NCBI GenBank assembly: GCA_964057225.1
Contig: OZ059900.1
Coordinates: forward strand, 23,064,001-23,128,000
Length of the DNA stretch: 64,000 nt
Direction: 5' to 3'
Source: Auanema rhodensis
Taxonomy: Eukaryota; Animalia; Nematoda
This document shows, in pieces, positions 1 to 13,425 of the stretch (position 1 is its first letter; every line of letters starts with the position of its first letter). The notes beneath the pieces were generated by a model. The model was not told the origin of the DNA. It worked only from the letters and a program-made list of their open reading frames with translations, and did no database searches. The position numbers and the translations under genes are program-made.

Positions 1-684
1 TTTGTTCATATGAGTCGTCAAATGCAACGAATTTCAGCGTGTTACATACTAAAATGAAGCATTTTACATGCTGAACACTAGAAAAATACAAAAACACAGT
101 ATTTCCTATGAGAAATATTTTATTATGCTGGAAAACCAGTTTTTGGAAATTTCGCTGTAAACAAGGTTTTGACTTACGATTTCATGTGTTCAAACTCATG
201 CAATGTCAATGAAACCTAGCTCAAAATTGTTCGTACAACGTCTAGTTCCACTTTCACGACAAAAAAACAGGGGTTAGAAAATTAAGGAAATTAGCATATT
301 CTGAGGGCACGCCCCTTATGGCTAATATTGATTAAATCGATTTTTGTTCATATGAGTCGTCAAATGCAACGAATTTCAGCGTGTTACATACTAAAATGAA
401 GCATTTTACATGCTGAACACTGAAAGAATACAAAAACACAGTATTTCTCATGAGAAATATTTTATTATGCTGGAAAACCAGTTTTTGGAAATTTCGCTGT
501 AAACAAGGTTTTGACTTACGATTTCATGTGTTCAAACTCATGCAATGTCAATGAAACTTGGCTCAAAATTGTTCGTACAACGTCTAGTTCCACTTTCACG
601 ACAAAAAAACAGGGGTTAGAAAATTAAGGAAATTAGCATATTCTGAGGGCACGCCCCTTATGGCTAATATTGATTAAATCGATT

Positions 685-3422
685 TTTGTTCATATGAGTC
701 GTCAAATGCAACGAATTTCAGCGTGTTACATACTAAAATGAAGCATTTTACATGCTGAACACTAGAAAAATACAAAAACACAGTATTTCCTATGAGAAAT
801 ATTTTATTATGCTGGAAAACCAGTTTTTGGAAATTTCGCTGTAAACAAGGTTTTGACTTACGATTTCATGTGTTCAAACTCATGCAATGTCAATGAAACC
901 TAGCTCAAAATTGTTCGTACAACGTCTAGTTCCACTTTCACGACAAAAAAACAGGGGTTAGAAAATTAAGGAAATTAGCATATTCTGAGGGCACGCCCCT
1001 TATGGCTAATATTGATTAAATCGATTTTTGTTCATATGAGTCGTCAAATGCAACGAATTTCAGCGTGTTACATACTAAAATGAAGCATTTAACATGCTGA
1101 ACACTAGAAAAATACAAAAACACAGTATTTCTCATGAGAAATATTTTATTATGCTGGAAAACCAGTTTTTGGAAATTTCGCTGTAAACAAGGTTTTGACT
1201 TACGATTTCATGTGTTCAAACTCATGCAATGTCAATGAAACCTAGCTCAAAATTGTTTGTACAACGTCTAGTTCCACTTTCACGACAAAAAAACAGGGGT
1301 TAGAAAATTAAGGAAATTAGCATATTCTGAGGGCACGCCCCTTATGGCTAATATTGATTAAATCGATTTTTTGTTCATATGAGTCGTCAAATGCAACGAA
1401 TTTCAGCGTGTTACATACTAAAATGAAGCATTTTACATGCTGAACACTAGAAAAATACAAAAACACAGTATTTCCCATGAGAAATTATTTATTATGCTGG
1501 AAAACCAGTTTTTGGAAATTTCGCTGTAAACAAGGTTTTGACTTACGATTTCATGTGTTCAAACTCATGCAATGTCAATGAAACCTAGCTCAAAATTGTT
1601 CGTACAACGTCTAGTTCCACTTTCACGACAAAAAAACAAGGGTTAGAAAATTAAGGAAATTAGCATATTCTGAGGGCACGCCCCTTATGGCTAATATTGA
1701 TTAAATCGATTTTTGTTCATATGAGTCGTCAAATGCAACGAATTTCAGCGTGTTACATACTAAAATGAAGCATTTTACATGCTGAACACTAGAAAAATAC
1801 AAAAACACAGTATTTCCCATGAGAAATATTTTATTATGCTGGAAAACCAGTTTTTGGAAATTTCGCTGTAAACAAGGTTTTGACTTACGATTTCATGTGT
1901 TCAAACTCATGCAATGTCAATGAAACCTAGCTCAAAATTGTTCGTACAACGTCTAGTTCCACTTTCACGACAAAAAAACAGGGGTTAGAAAATTAAGGAA
2001 ATTAGCATATTCTGAGGGCACGCCCCTTATGGCTAATATTGATTAAATCGATTTTTGTTCATATGAGTCGTCAAATGCAACGAATTTCAGCGTGTTACAT
2101 ACTAAAATGAAGCATTTTACATGCTGAACACTAGAAAAATACAAAAACACAGTATTTCCTATGAGAAATATTTTATTATGCTGGAAAACCAGTTTTTGGA
2201 AATTTCGCTGTAAACAAGGTTTTGACTTACGATTTCATGTGTTCAAACTCATGCAATGTCAATGAAACCTAGCTCAAAATTGTTCGTACAACGTCTAGTT
2301 CCACTTTCACGACAAAAAAACAGGGGTTAGAAAATTAAGGAAATTAGCATATTCTGAGGGCACGCCCCTTATGGCTAATATTGATTAAATCGATTTTTGT
2401 TCATATGAGTCGTCAAATGCAACGAATTTCAGCGTGTTACATACTAAAATGAAGCATTTAACATGCTGAACACTAGAAAAATACAAAAACACAGTATTTC
2501 TCATGAGAAATATTTTATTATGCTGGAAAACCAGTTTTTGGAAATTTCGCTGTAAACAAGGTTTTGACTTACGATTTCATGTGTTCAAACTCATGCAATG
2601 TCAATGAAACCTAGCTCAAAATTGTTTGTACAACGTCTAGTTCCACTTTCACGACAAAAAAACAGGGGTTAGAAAATTAAGGAAATTAGCATATTCTGAG
2701 GGCACGCCCCTTATGGCTAATATTGATTAAATCGATTTTTTGTTCATATGAGTCGTCAAATGCAACGAATTTCAGCGTGTTACATACTAAAATGAAGCAT
2801 TTTACATGCTGAACACTAGAAAAATACAAAAACACAGTATTTCCCATGAGAAATTATTTATTATGCTGGAAAACCAGTTTTTGGAAATTTCGCTGTAAAC
2901 AAGGTTTTGACTTACGATTTCATGTGTTCAAACTCATGCAATGTCAATGAAACCTAGCTCAAAATTGTTCGTACAACGTCTAGTTCCACTTTCACGACAA
3001 AAAAACAAGGGTTAGAAAATTAAGGAAATTAGCATATTCTGAGGGCACGCCCCTTATGGCTAATATTGATTAAATCGATTTTTGTTCATATGAGTCGTCA
3101 AATGCAACGAATTTCAGCGTGTTACATACTAAAATGAAGCATTTTACATGCTGAACACTAGAAAAATACAAAAACACAGTATTTCCCATGAGAAATATTT
3201 TATTATGCTGGAAAACCAGTTTTTGGAAATTTCGCTGTAAACAAGGTTTTGACTTACGATTTCATGTGTTCAAACTCATGCAATGTCAATGAAACCTAGC
3301 TCAAAATTGTTCGTACAACGTCTAGTTCCACTTTCACGACAAAAAAACAGGGGTTAGAAAATTAAGGAAATTAGCATATTCTGAGGGCACGCCCCTTATG
3401 GCTAATATTGATTAAATCGATT
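685..3422 (+). repeat. Local 4-mer HOR of satellite A, 1369 bp x2 (mirrored at 37406-40143)
   Basis: The variant series (cctatg; tttaacatg+ctcatg+ttgtttg+extra T; aattattt+caaggg; consensus) repeats at +1369. Confidence 0.9.
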
Positions 3423-4448
3423 TTTGTTCATATGAGTCGTCAAATGCAACGAATTTCAGCGTGTTACATATTAAAATGAAGCATTTAACATGCTGAACAC
3501 TAAAAAAATACAAAAACACAGTATTTCCTATGAGAAATATTTTATTATGCTGGAAAACCAGTTTTTGGAAATTTCGCTGTAAACAAGGTTTTGACTTACG
3601 ATTTCATGTGTTCAAACTCATGCAATGTCAATGAAACCTAGCTCAAAATTGTTCGTACAACGTCTAGTTCCACTTTCACGACAAAAAAACAGGGGTTAGA
3701 AAATTAAGGAAATTAGCATATTCTGAGGGCACGCCCCTTATGGCTAATATTGATTAAATCGATTTTTGTTCATATGAGTCGTCAAATGCAACGAATTTCA
3801 GCGTGTTACATACTAACATGAAGCATTTTACATGCTGAACACTAAAAGAATACAAAAACACAGTATTTCCCATGAGAAATATTTTATTATGCTGGAAAAC
3901 CAGTTTTTGGAAATTTCGCTGTAAACAAGGTTTTGACTTACGATTTCATGTGTTCAAACTCATGCAATGTCAATGAAACCTAGCTCAAAATTGTTCGTAC
4001 AACGTCTAGTTCCACTTTCACGACAAAAAAACAGGGGTTAGAAAATTAAGGAAATTAGCATATTCTGAGGGCACGCCCCTTATGGCTAATATTGATTAAA
4101 TCGATTTTTGTTCATATGAGTCGTCAAATGCAACGAATTTCAGCGTGTTACATACTAAAATGAAGCATTTTACATGCTGAACACTAGAAAAATACAAAAA
4201 CACAGTATTTCCCATGAGAAATATTTTATTATGCTGGAAAACCAGTTTTTGGAAATTTCGCTGTAAACAAGGTTTTGACTTACGATTTCATGTGTTCAAA
4301 CTCATGCAATGTCAATGAAACCTAGCTCAAAATTGTTCGTACAACGTCTAGTTCCACTTTCACGACAAAAAAACAGGGGTTAGAAAATTAAGGAAATTAG
4401 CATATTCTGAGGGCACGCCCCTTATGGCTAATATTGATTAAATCGATT

Positions 4449-7400
4449 TTTGTTCATATGAGTCGTCAAATGCAACGAATTTCAGCGTGTTACATACTAA
4501 AATGAAGCATTTTACATGCTGAACACTAGAAAAATACAAAAACACAGTATTTCCCATGAGAAATATTTTATTATGCTGGAAAACCAGTTTTTGGAAATTT
4601 CGCTGTAAACAAGGTTTTGACTTACGATTTCATGTGTTCAAACTCATGCAATGTCAATGAAACTTGGCTCAAAATTGTTCGTACAACGTCTAGTTCCACT
4701 TTCACGACAAAAAAACAGGGGTTAGAAAATTAAGGAAATTAGCATATTCTGAGGGCACGCCCCTTATGGCTAATATTGATTAAATCGATTTTTGTTCATA
4801 TGAGTCGTCAAATGCAACGAATTTCAGCGTGTTACATACTAAAATGAAGCATTTTACATGCTGAACACTAGAAAAATACAAAAACACAGTATTTCCTATG
4901 AGAAATATTTTATTATGCTGGAAAACCAGTTTTTGGAAATTTCGCTGTAAACAAGGTTTTGACTTACGATTTCATGTGTTCAAACTCATGCAATGTCAAT
5001 GAAACCTAGCTCAAAATTGTTCGTACAACGTCTAGTTCCACTTTCACGACAAAAAAACAGGGGTTAGAAAATTAAGGAAATTAGCATATTCTGAGGGCAC
5101 GCCCCTTATGGCTAATATTGATTAAATCGATTTTTGTTCATATGAGTCGTCAAATGCAACGAATTTCAGCGTGTTACATACTAAAATGAAGCATTTTACA
5201 TGCTGAACACTAGAAAAATACAAAAACACAGTATTTCTCATGAGAAATATTTTATTATGCTGGAAAACCAGTTTTTGGAAATTTCGCTGTAAACAAGGTT
5301 TTGACTTACGATTTCATGTGTTCAAACTCATGCAATGTCAATGAAACCTAGCTCAAAATTGTTTGTACAACGTCTAGTTCCACTTTCACGACAAAAAAAC
5401 AAGGGTTAGAAAATTAAGGAAATTAGCATATTCTGAGGGCACGCCCCTTATGGCTAATATTGATTAAATCGATTTTTGTTCATATGAGTCGTCAAATGCA
5501 AGGAATTTCAGCGTGTTACATACTAAAATGAAGCATTTTACATGCTGAACACTAGAAAAATACAAAAACACAGTATTTCCCATGAGAAATATTTTATTAT
5601 GCTGGAAAACCAGTTTTTGGAAATTTCGCTGTAAACAAGGTTTTGACTTACGATTTCATGTGTTCAAACTCATGCAATGTCAATGAAACCTAGCTCAAAA
5701 TTGTTCGTACAACGTCTAGTTCCACTTTCACGACAAAAAAACAGGGGTTAGAAAATTAAGGAAATTAGCTTATTCTGAGGCACGCCCCTTATGGCTAATA
5801 TTGATTAAATCGATTTTTGTTCATATGAGTCGTCAAATGCAACGAATTTCAGCGTGTTACATACTAAAATGAAGCATTTTACATGCTGAACACTAGAAAA
5901 ATACAAAAACACAGTATTTCCCATGAGAAATATTTTATTATGCTGGAAAACCAGTTTTTGAAAATTTCGCTGTAAACAAAGTTTTGACTTACGATTGCAT
6001 GTGTTCAAACTCATGCAATGTCAATGAAACCTAGCTCAAAATTGTTCGTACAACGTCTAGTTCCACTTTCACGACAAAAAAACAGGGGTTAGAAAATTAA
6101 GGAAATTAGCATATTCTGAGGGCACGCCCCTTATGGCTAATATTGATTAAATCGATTTTTGTTCATATGAGTCGTCAAATGCAACGAATTTCAGCGTGTT
6201 ACATACTAAAATGAAGCATTTTACATGCTGAACACTAGAAAAATACAAAAACACAGTATTTCCCATGAGAAATATTTTATTGAGCTGGAAAACCAGTTTT
6301 TGGAAATTTCGCTGTAAACAAGGTTTTGACTTACGATTTCATGTGTTCAAACTCATGCAATGTCAATGAAACCTAGCTCAAAATTGTTCGTACAACGTCT
6401 AGTTCCACTTTCACGACAAAAAAACAGGGGTTAGAAAATTAAGGAAATTAGCATATTCTGAGGGCACGCCCCTTATGGCTAATATTGATTAAATCGATTT
6501 TTGTTCATATGAGTCGTCAAATGCAACGAATTTCAGCGTGTTACATACTAAAATGAAGCATTTTACATGCTGAACACTAGAAAAATACAAAAACACAGTA
6601 TTTCCCATGAGAAATATTTTATTATGCTGGAAAACCAGTTTTTGGAAATTTCGCTGTAAACAAGGTTTTGACTTACGATTTCATGTGTTCAAACTCATGC
6701 AATGTCAATGAAACTTGGCTCAAAATTGTTCGTACAACGTCTAGTTCCACTTTCACGACAAAAAAACAGGGGTTAGAAAATTAAGGAAATTAGCATATTC
6801 TGAGGGCACGCCCCTTATGGCTAATATTGATTAAATCGATTTTTGTTCATATGAGTCGTCAAATGCAACGAATTTCAGCGTGTTACATACTAAAATGAAG
6901 CATTTTACATGCTGAACACTAGAAAAATACAAAAACACAGTATTTCCTATGAGAAATATTTTATTATGCTGGAAAACCAGTTTTTGGAAATTTCGCTGTA
7001 AACAAGGTTTTGACTTACGATTTCATGTGTTCAAACTCATGCAATGTCAATGAAACCTAGCTCAAAATTGTTCGTACAACGTCTAGTTCCACTTTCACGA
7101 CAAAAAAACAGGGGTTAGAAAATTAAGGAAATTAGCATATTCTGAGGGCACGCCCCTTATGGCTAATATTGATTAAATCGATTTTTGTTCATATGAGTCG
7201 TCAAATGCAACGAATTTCAGCGTGTTACATACTAAAATGAAGCATTTTACATGCTGAACACTAGAAAAATACAAAAACACAGTATTTCTCATGAGAAATA
7301 TTTTATTATGCTGGAAAACCAGTTTTTGGAAATTTCGCTGTAAACAAGGTTTTGACTTACGATTTCATGTGTTCAAACTCATGCAATGTCAATGAAACCT

Positions 7401-8550
7401 AGCTCAAAATTGTTTGTACAACGTCTAGTTCCACTTTCACGACAAAAAAACAAGGGTTAGAAAATTAAGGAAATTAGCATATTCTGAGGGCACGCCCCTT
7501 ATGGCTAATATTGATTAAATCGATTTTTGTTCATATGAGTCGTCAAATGCAAGGAATTTCAGCGTGTTACATACTAAAATGAAGCATTTTACATGCTGAA
7601 CACTAGAAAAATACAAAAACACAGTATTTCCCATGAGAAATATTTTATTATGCTGGAAAACCAGTTTTTGGAAATTTCGCTGTAAACAAGGTTTTGACTT
7701 ACGATTTCATGTGTTCAAACTCATGCAATGTCAATGAAACCTAGCTCAAAATTGTTCGTACAACGTCTAGTTCCACTTTCACGACAAAAAAACAGGGGTT
7801 AGAAAATTAAGGAAATTAGCTTATTCTGAGGCACGCCCCTTATGGCTAATATTGATTAAATCGATTTTTGTTCATATGAGTCGTCAAATGCAACGAATTT
7901 CAGCGTGTTACATACTAAAATGAAGCATTTTACATGCTGAACACTAGAAAAATACAAAAACACAGTATTTCCCATGAGAAATATTTTATTATGCTGGAAA
8001 ACCAGTTTTTGAAAATTTCGCTGTAAACAAAGTTTTGACTTACGATTGCATGTGTTCAAACTCATGCAATGTCAATGAAACCTAGCTCAAAATTGTTCGT
8101 ACAACGTCTAGTTCCACTTTCACGACAAAAAAACAGGGGTTAGAAAATTAAGGAAATTAGCATATTCTGAGGGCACGCCCCTTATGGCTAATATTGATTA
8201 AATCGATTTTTGTTCATATGAGTCGTCAAATGCAACGAATTTCAGCGTGTTACATACTAAAATGAAGCATTTTACATGCTGAACACTAGAAAAATACAAA
8301 AACACAGTATTTCCCATGAGAAATATTTTATTGAGCTGGAAAACCAGTTTTTGGAAATTTCGCTGTAAACAAGGTTTTGACTTACGATTTCATGTGTTCA
8401 AACTCATGCAATGTCAATGAAACCTAGCTCAAAATTGTTCGTACAACGTCTAGTTCCACTTTCACGACAAAAAAACAGGGGTTAGAAAATTAAGGAAATT
8501 AGCATATTCTGAGGGCACGCCCCTTATGGCTAATATTGATTAAATCGATT
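4449..8550 (+). repeat. Local 6-mer HOR of satellite A, 2051 bp x2 (mirrored at 32278-36379)
   Basis: Markers acttggc, caaggaat, gcttattctgaggcac (1-bp deletion), the ORF haplotype (5805 and 7856) and ttgagctg all repeat at +2051. Confidence 0.92.
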
Positions 8551-9917
8551 TTTGTTCATATGAGTCGTCAAATGCAACGAATTTCAGCGTGTTACATACT
8601 CAAATGAAGCATTTTACATGCTGAACACTAGAAAAATACAAAAACACAGTATTTCCCATGAGAAATATTTTATTATGCTGGAAAACCAGTTTTTGGAAAT
8701 TTCGCTGTAAACAAGGCTTTGACTTACGATTTCATGTGTTCAAACTCATGCAATGTCAATGAAACCTAGCTCAAAATTGTTCGTACAACGTCTAGTTCCA
8801 CTTTCACGACAAAAAAACAAGGGTTAGAAAATTAAGGAAATTAGCATATTCTGAGGGCACGCCCCTTATGGCTAATATTGATTAAATCGATTTTTGTTCA
8901 TATGAGTCGTCAAATGCAACGAATTTCAGCGTGTTACATACTAAAATGAAGCATTTTACATGCTGAACACTAGAAAAATACAAAAACACAGTATTTCCCA
9001 TGAGAAATATTTTATTATGCTGGAAAACCAGTTTTTGGAAATTTCGCTGTAAACAAGGTTTTGACTTACGATTTCATGTGTTCAAACTCATGCAATGTCA
9101 ATGAAACCTAGCTCAAAATTGTTCGTACAACGTCTAGTTCCACTTTCACGACAAAAAAATAGGGGTTAGAAAATTAAGGAAATTAGCTTATTCTGAGGCA
9201 CGCCCCTTATGGCTAATATTGATTAAATCGATTTTTGTTCATATGAGTCGTCAAATGCAACGAATTTCAGCGTGTTACATACTAAAATGAAGCATTTTAC
9301 ATGCTGAACACTAGAAAAATACAAAAACACAGTATTTCTCATGAGAAATATTTTATTATGCTGGAAAACCAGTTTTTGAAAATTTCGCTGTAAACAAAGT
9401 TTTGACTTACGATTGCATGTGTTCAAACTCATGCAATGTCAATGAAACCTAGCTCAAAATTGTTCGTACAACGTCTAGTTCCACTTTCACGACAAAAAAA
9501 CAGGGGTTAGAAAATTAAGGAAATTAGCATATTCTGAGGGCACGCCCCTTATGGCTAATATTGATTAAATCGATTTTTGTTCATATGAGTCGTCAAATGC
9601 AACGAATTTCAGCGTGTTACATACTAAAATGAAGCATTTTACATGCTGAACACTAGAAAAATACAAAAACACAGTATTTCCCATGAGAAATATTTTATTG
9701 AGCTGGAAAACCAGTTTTTGGAAATTTCGCTGTAAACAAGGTTTTGACTTACGATTTCATGTGTTCAAACTCATGCAATGTCAATGAAACCTAGCTCAAA
9801 ATTGTTCGTACAACGTCTAGTTCCACTTTCACGACAAAAAAACAGGGGTTAGAAAATTAAGGAAATTAGCATATTCTGAGGGCACGCCCCTCATGGCTAA
9901 TATTGATTAAATCGATT

Positions 9918-12900
9918 TTTGTTCATATGAGTCGTCAAATGCAACGAATTTCAGCGTGTTACATACTAAAATGAAGCATTTTACATGCTGAACACTAGAA
10001 AAATACAAAAACACAGTATTTCCCATGAGAAATATTTTATTATGCTGGAAAACCAGTTTTAGCATATTCTGAGGGCACGCCCCTTATGGCTAATATTGAT
10101 TAAATCGATTTTTGTTCATATGAGTCGTCAAATGCAACGAATTTCAGCGTGTTACATACTAAAATGAAGCATTTTACATGCTGAACACTAGAAAAATACA
10201 AAAACACAGTATTTCCCATGAGAAATATTTTATTGAGCTGGAAAACCAGTTTTTGGAAATTTCGCTGTAAACAAGGTTTTGACTTACGATTTCATGTGTT
10301 CAAACTCATGCAATGTCAATGAAACCTAGCTCAAAATTGTTCGTACAACGTCTAGTTCCACTTTCACGACAAAAAAACAGGGGTTAGAAAATTAAGGAAA
10401 TTAGCATATTCTGAGGGCACGCCCCTTATGGCTAATATTGATTAAATCGATTTTTGTTCATATGAGTCGTCAAATGCAACGAATTTCAGCGTGTTACATA
10501 CTCAAATGAAGCATTTTACATGCTGAAAACTAGAAAAATACAAAAACACAGTATTTCCCATGAGAAATATTTTATTATGCTGGAAAACCAGTTTTTGGAA
10601 ATTTCGCTGTAAACAAGGTTTTGACTTACGATTTCATGTGTTCAAACTCATGCAATGTCAATGAAACCTAGCTCAAAATTGTTCGTACAACGTCTAGTTC
10701 CACTTTCACGACAAAAAAACAGGGGTTAGAAAATTAAGGAAATTAGCATATTCTGAGGGCACGCCCCTTATGGCTAATATTGATTAAATCGATTTTTGTT
10801 CATATGAGTCGTCAAATGCAACGAATTTCAGCGTGTTACATACTAAAATGAAGCATTTTACATGCTGAACACTAGAAAAATACAAAAACACAGTATTTCC
10901 CATGAGAAATATTTTATTATGCTGGAAAACCAGTTTTTGGAAATTTCGCTGTAAACAAGGTTTTGACTTACGATTTCATGTGTTCAAACTCATGCAATGT
11001 CAATGAAACCTAGCTCAAAATTGTTCGTACAACGTCTAGTTCCACTTTCACGACAAAAAAACAGGGGTTAGAAAATTAAGGAAATTAGCATATTCTGAGG
11101 GCACGCCCCTTATGGCTAATATTGATTAAATCGATTTTTGTTCATATGAGTCGTCAAATGCAACGAATTTCAGCGTGTTACATACTAAAATGAAGCATTT
11201 TACATGCTGAACACTAGAAAAATACAAAAACACAGTATTTCCCATGAGAAATATTTTATTGAGCTGGAAAACCAGTTTTTGGAAATTTCGCTGTAAACAA
11301 GGTTTTGACTTACGATTTCATGTGTTCAAACTCATGCAATGTCAATGAAACCTAGCTCAAAATTGTTCGTACAACGTCTAGTTCCACTTTCACGACAAAA
11401 AAACAGGGGTTAGAAAATTAAGGAAATTAGCATATTCTGAGGGCACGCCCCTTATGGCTAATATTGATTAAATCGATTTTTGTTCATATGAGTCGTCAAA
11501 TGCAACGAATTTCAGCGTGTTACATACTAAAATGAAGCATTTTACATGCTGAACACTAGAAAAATACAAAAACACAGTATTTCCCATGAGAAATATTTTA
11601 TTATGCTGGAAAACCAGTTTTAGCATATTCTGAGGGCACGCCCCTTATGGCTAATATTGATTAAATCGATTTTTGTTCATATGAGTCGTCAAATGCAACG
11701 AATTTCAGCGTGTTACATACTAAAATGAAGCATTTTACATGCTGAACACTAGAAAAATACAAAAACACAGTATTTCCCATGAGAAATATTTTATTGAGCT
11801 GGAAAACCAGTTTTTGGAAATTTCGCTGTAAACAAGGTTTTGACTTACGATTTCATGTGTTCAAACTCATGCAATGTCAATGAAACCTAGCTCAAAATTG
11901 TTCGTACAACGTCTAGTTCCACTTTCACGACAAAAAAACAGGGGTTAGAAAATTAAGGAAATTAGCATATTCTGAGGGCACGCCCCTTATGGCTAATATT
12001 GATTAAATCGATTTTTGTTCATATGAGTCGTCAAATGCAACGAATTTCAGCGTGTTACATACTCAAATGAAGCATTTTACATGCTGAAAACTAGAAAAAT
12101 ACAAAAACACAGTATTTCCCATGAGAAATATTTTATTATGCTGGAAAACCAGTTTTTGGAAATTTCGCTGTAAACAAGGTTTTGACTTACGATTTCATGT
12201 GTTCAAACTCATGCAATGTCAATGAAACCTAGCTCAAAATTGTTCGTACAACGTCTAATTCCACTTTCACGACAAAAAAACAGGGGTTAGAAAATTAAGG
12301 AAATTAGCATATTCTGAGGGCACGCCCCTTATGGCTAATATTGATTAAATCGATTTTTGTTCATATGAGTCGTCAAATGCAACGAATTTCAGCGTGTTAC
12401 ATACTAAAATGAAGCATTTTACATGCTGAACACTAGAAAAATACAAAAACACAGTATTTCCCATGAGAAATATTTTATTGAGCTGGAAAACCAGTTTTTG
12501 GAAATTTCGCTGTAAACAAGGTTTTGACTTACGATTTCATGTGTTCAAACTCATGCAATGTCAATGAAACCTAGCTCAAAATTGTTCGTACAACGTCTAG
12601 TTCCACTTTCACGACAAAAAAACAGGGGTTAGAAAATTAAGGAAATTAGCATATTCTGAGGGCACGCCCCTTATGGCTAATATTGATTAAATCGATTTTT
12701 GTTCATATGAGTCGTCAAATGCAACGAATTTCAGCGTGTTACATACTAAAATGAAGCATTTTACATGCTGAACACTAGAAAAATACAAAAACACAGTATT
12801 TCCCATGAGAAATATTTTATTATGCTGGAAAACCAGTTTTAGCATATTCTGAGGGCACGCCCCTTATGGCTAATATTGATTAAATCGATTTTTGTTCATA

Positions 12901-13425
12901 TGAGTCGTCAAATGCAACGAATTTCAGCGTGTTACATACTAAAATGAAGCATTTTACATGCTGAACACTAGAAAAATACAAAAACACAGTATTTCCCATG
13001 AGAAATATTTTATTATGCTGGAAAACCAGTTTTTGGAAATTTCGCTGTAAACAAGGTTTTGACTTACGATTTCATGTGTTCAAACTCATGCAATGTCAAT
13101 GAAACCTAGCTCAAAATTGTTCGTACAACGTCTAGTTCCACTTTCACGACAAAAAAACAGGGGTTAGAAAATTAAGGAAATTAGCATATTCTGAGGGCAC
13201 GCCCCTTATGGCTAATATTGATTAAATCGATTTTTGTTCATATGAGTCGTCAAATGCAACGAATTTCAGCGTGTTACATACTAAAATGAAGCATTTTACA
13301 TGCTGAACACTAGAAAAATACAAAAACACAGTATTTCCCATGAGAAATATTTTATTATGCTGGAAAACCAGTTTTAGCATATTCTGAGGGCACGCCCCTT
13401 ATGGCTAATATTGATTAAATCGATT
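9918..13425 (+). repeat. Region with four 193-bp deleted monomers (9918, 11479, 12698, 13233) sharing one 149-bp deletion
   Basis: Identical junction aaccagtttt|agcatattct at 10060, 11621, 12840 and 13375. Confidence 0.95.

Noticed and set aside
16-32. CENP-B-box-like attcgttgcatttgacg on the minus strand of each A monomer
   Set aside because: It matches TTCG and the central A but lacks CGGG (6 of 9 essential positions), so it is not supportable as a functional box.
270-287. Telomere-like ggggttag...ttaagg
   Set aside because: A single degenerate occurrence per monomer, with no tandem telomeric tract.
1-342. Primate alpha-satellite dimer (2x171) or a named satellite family
   Set aside because: Only the length matches; I recognise no alphoid sequence similarity. 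Family and organism assignment need a database search.
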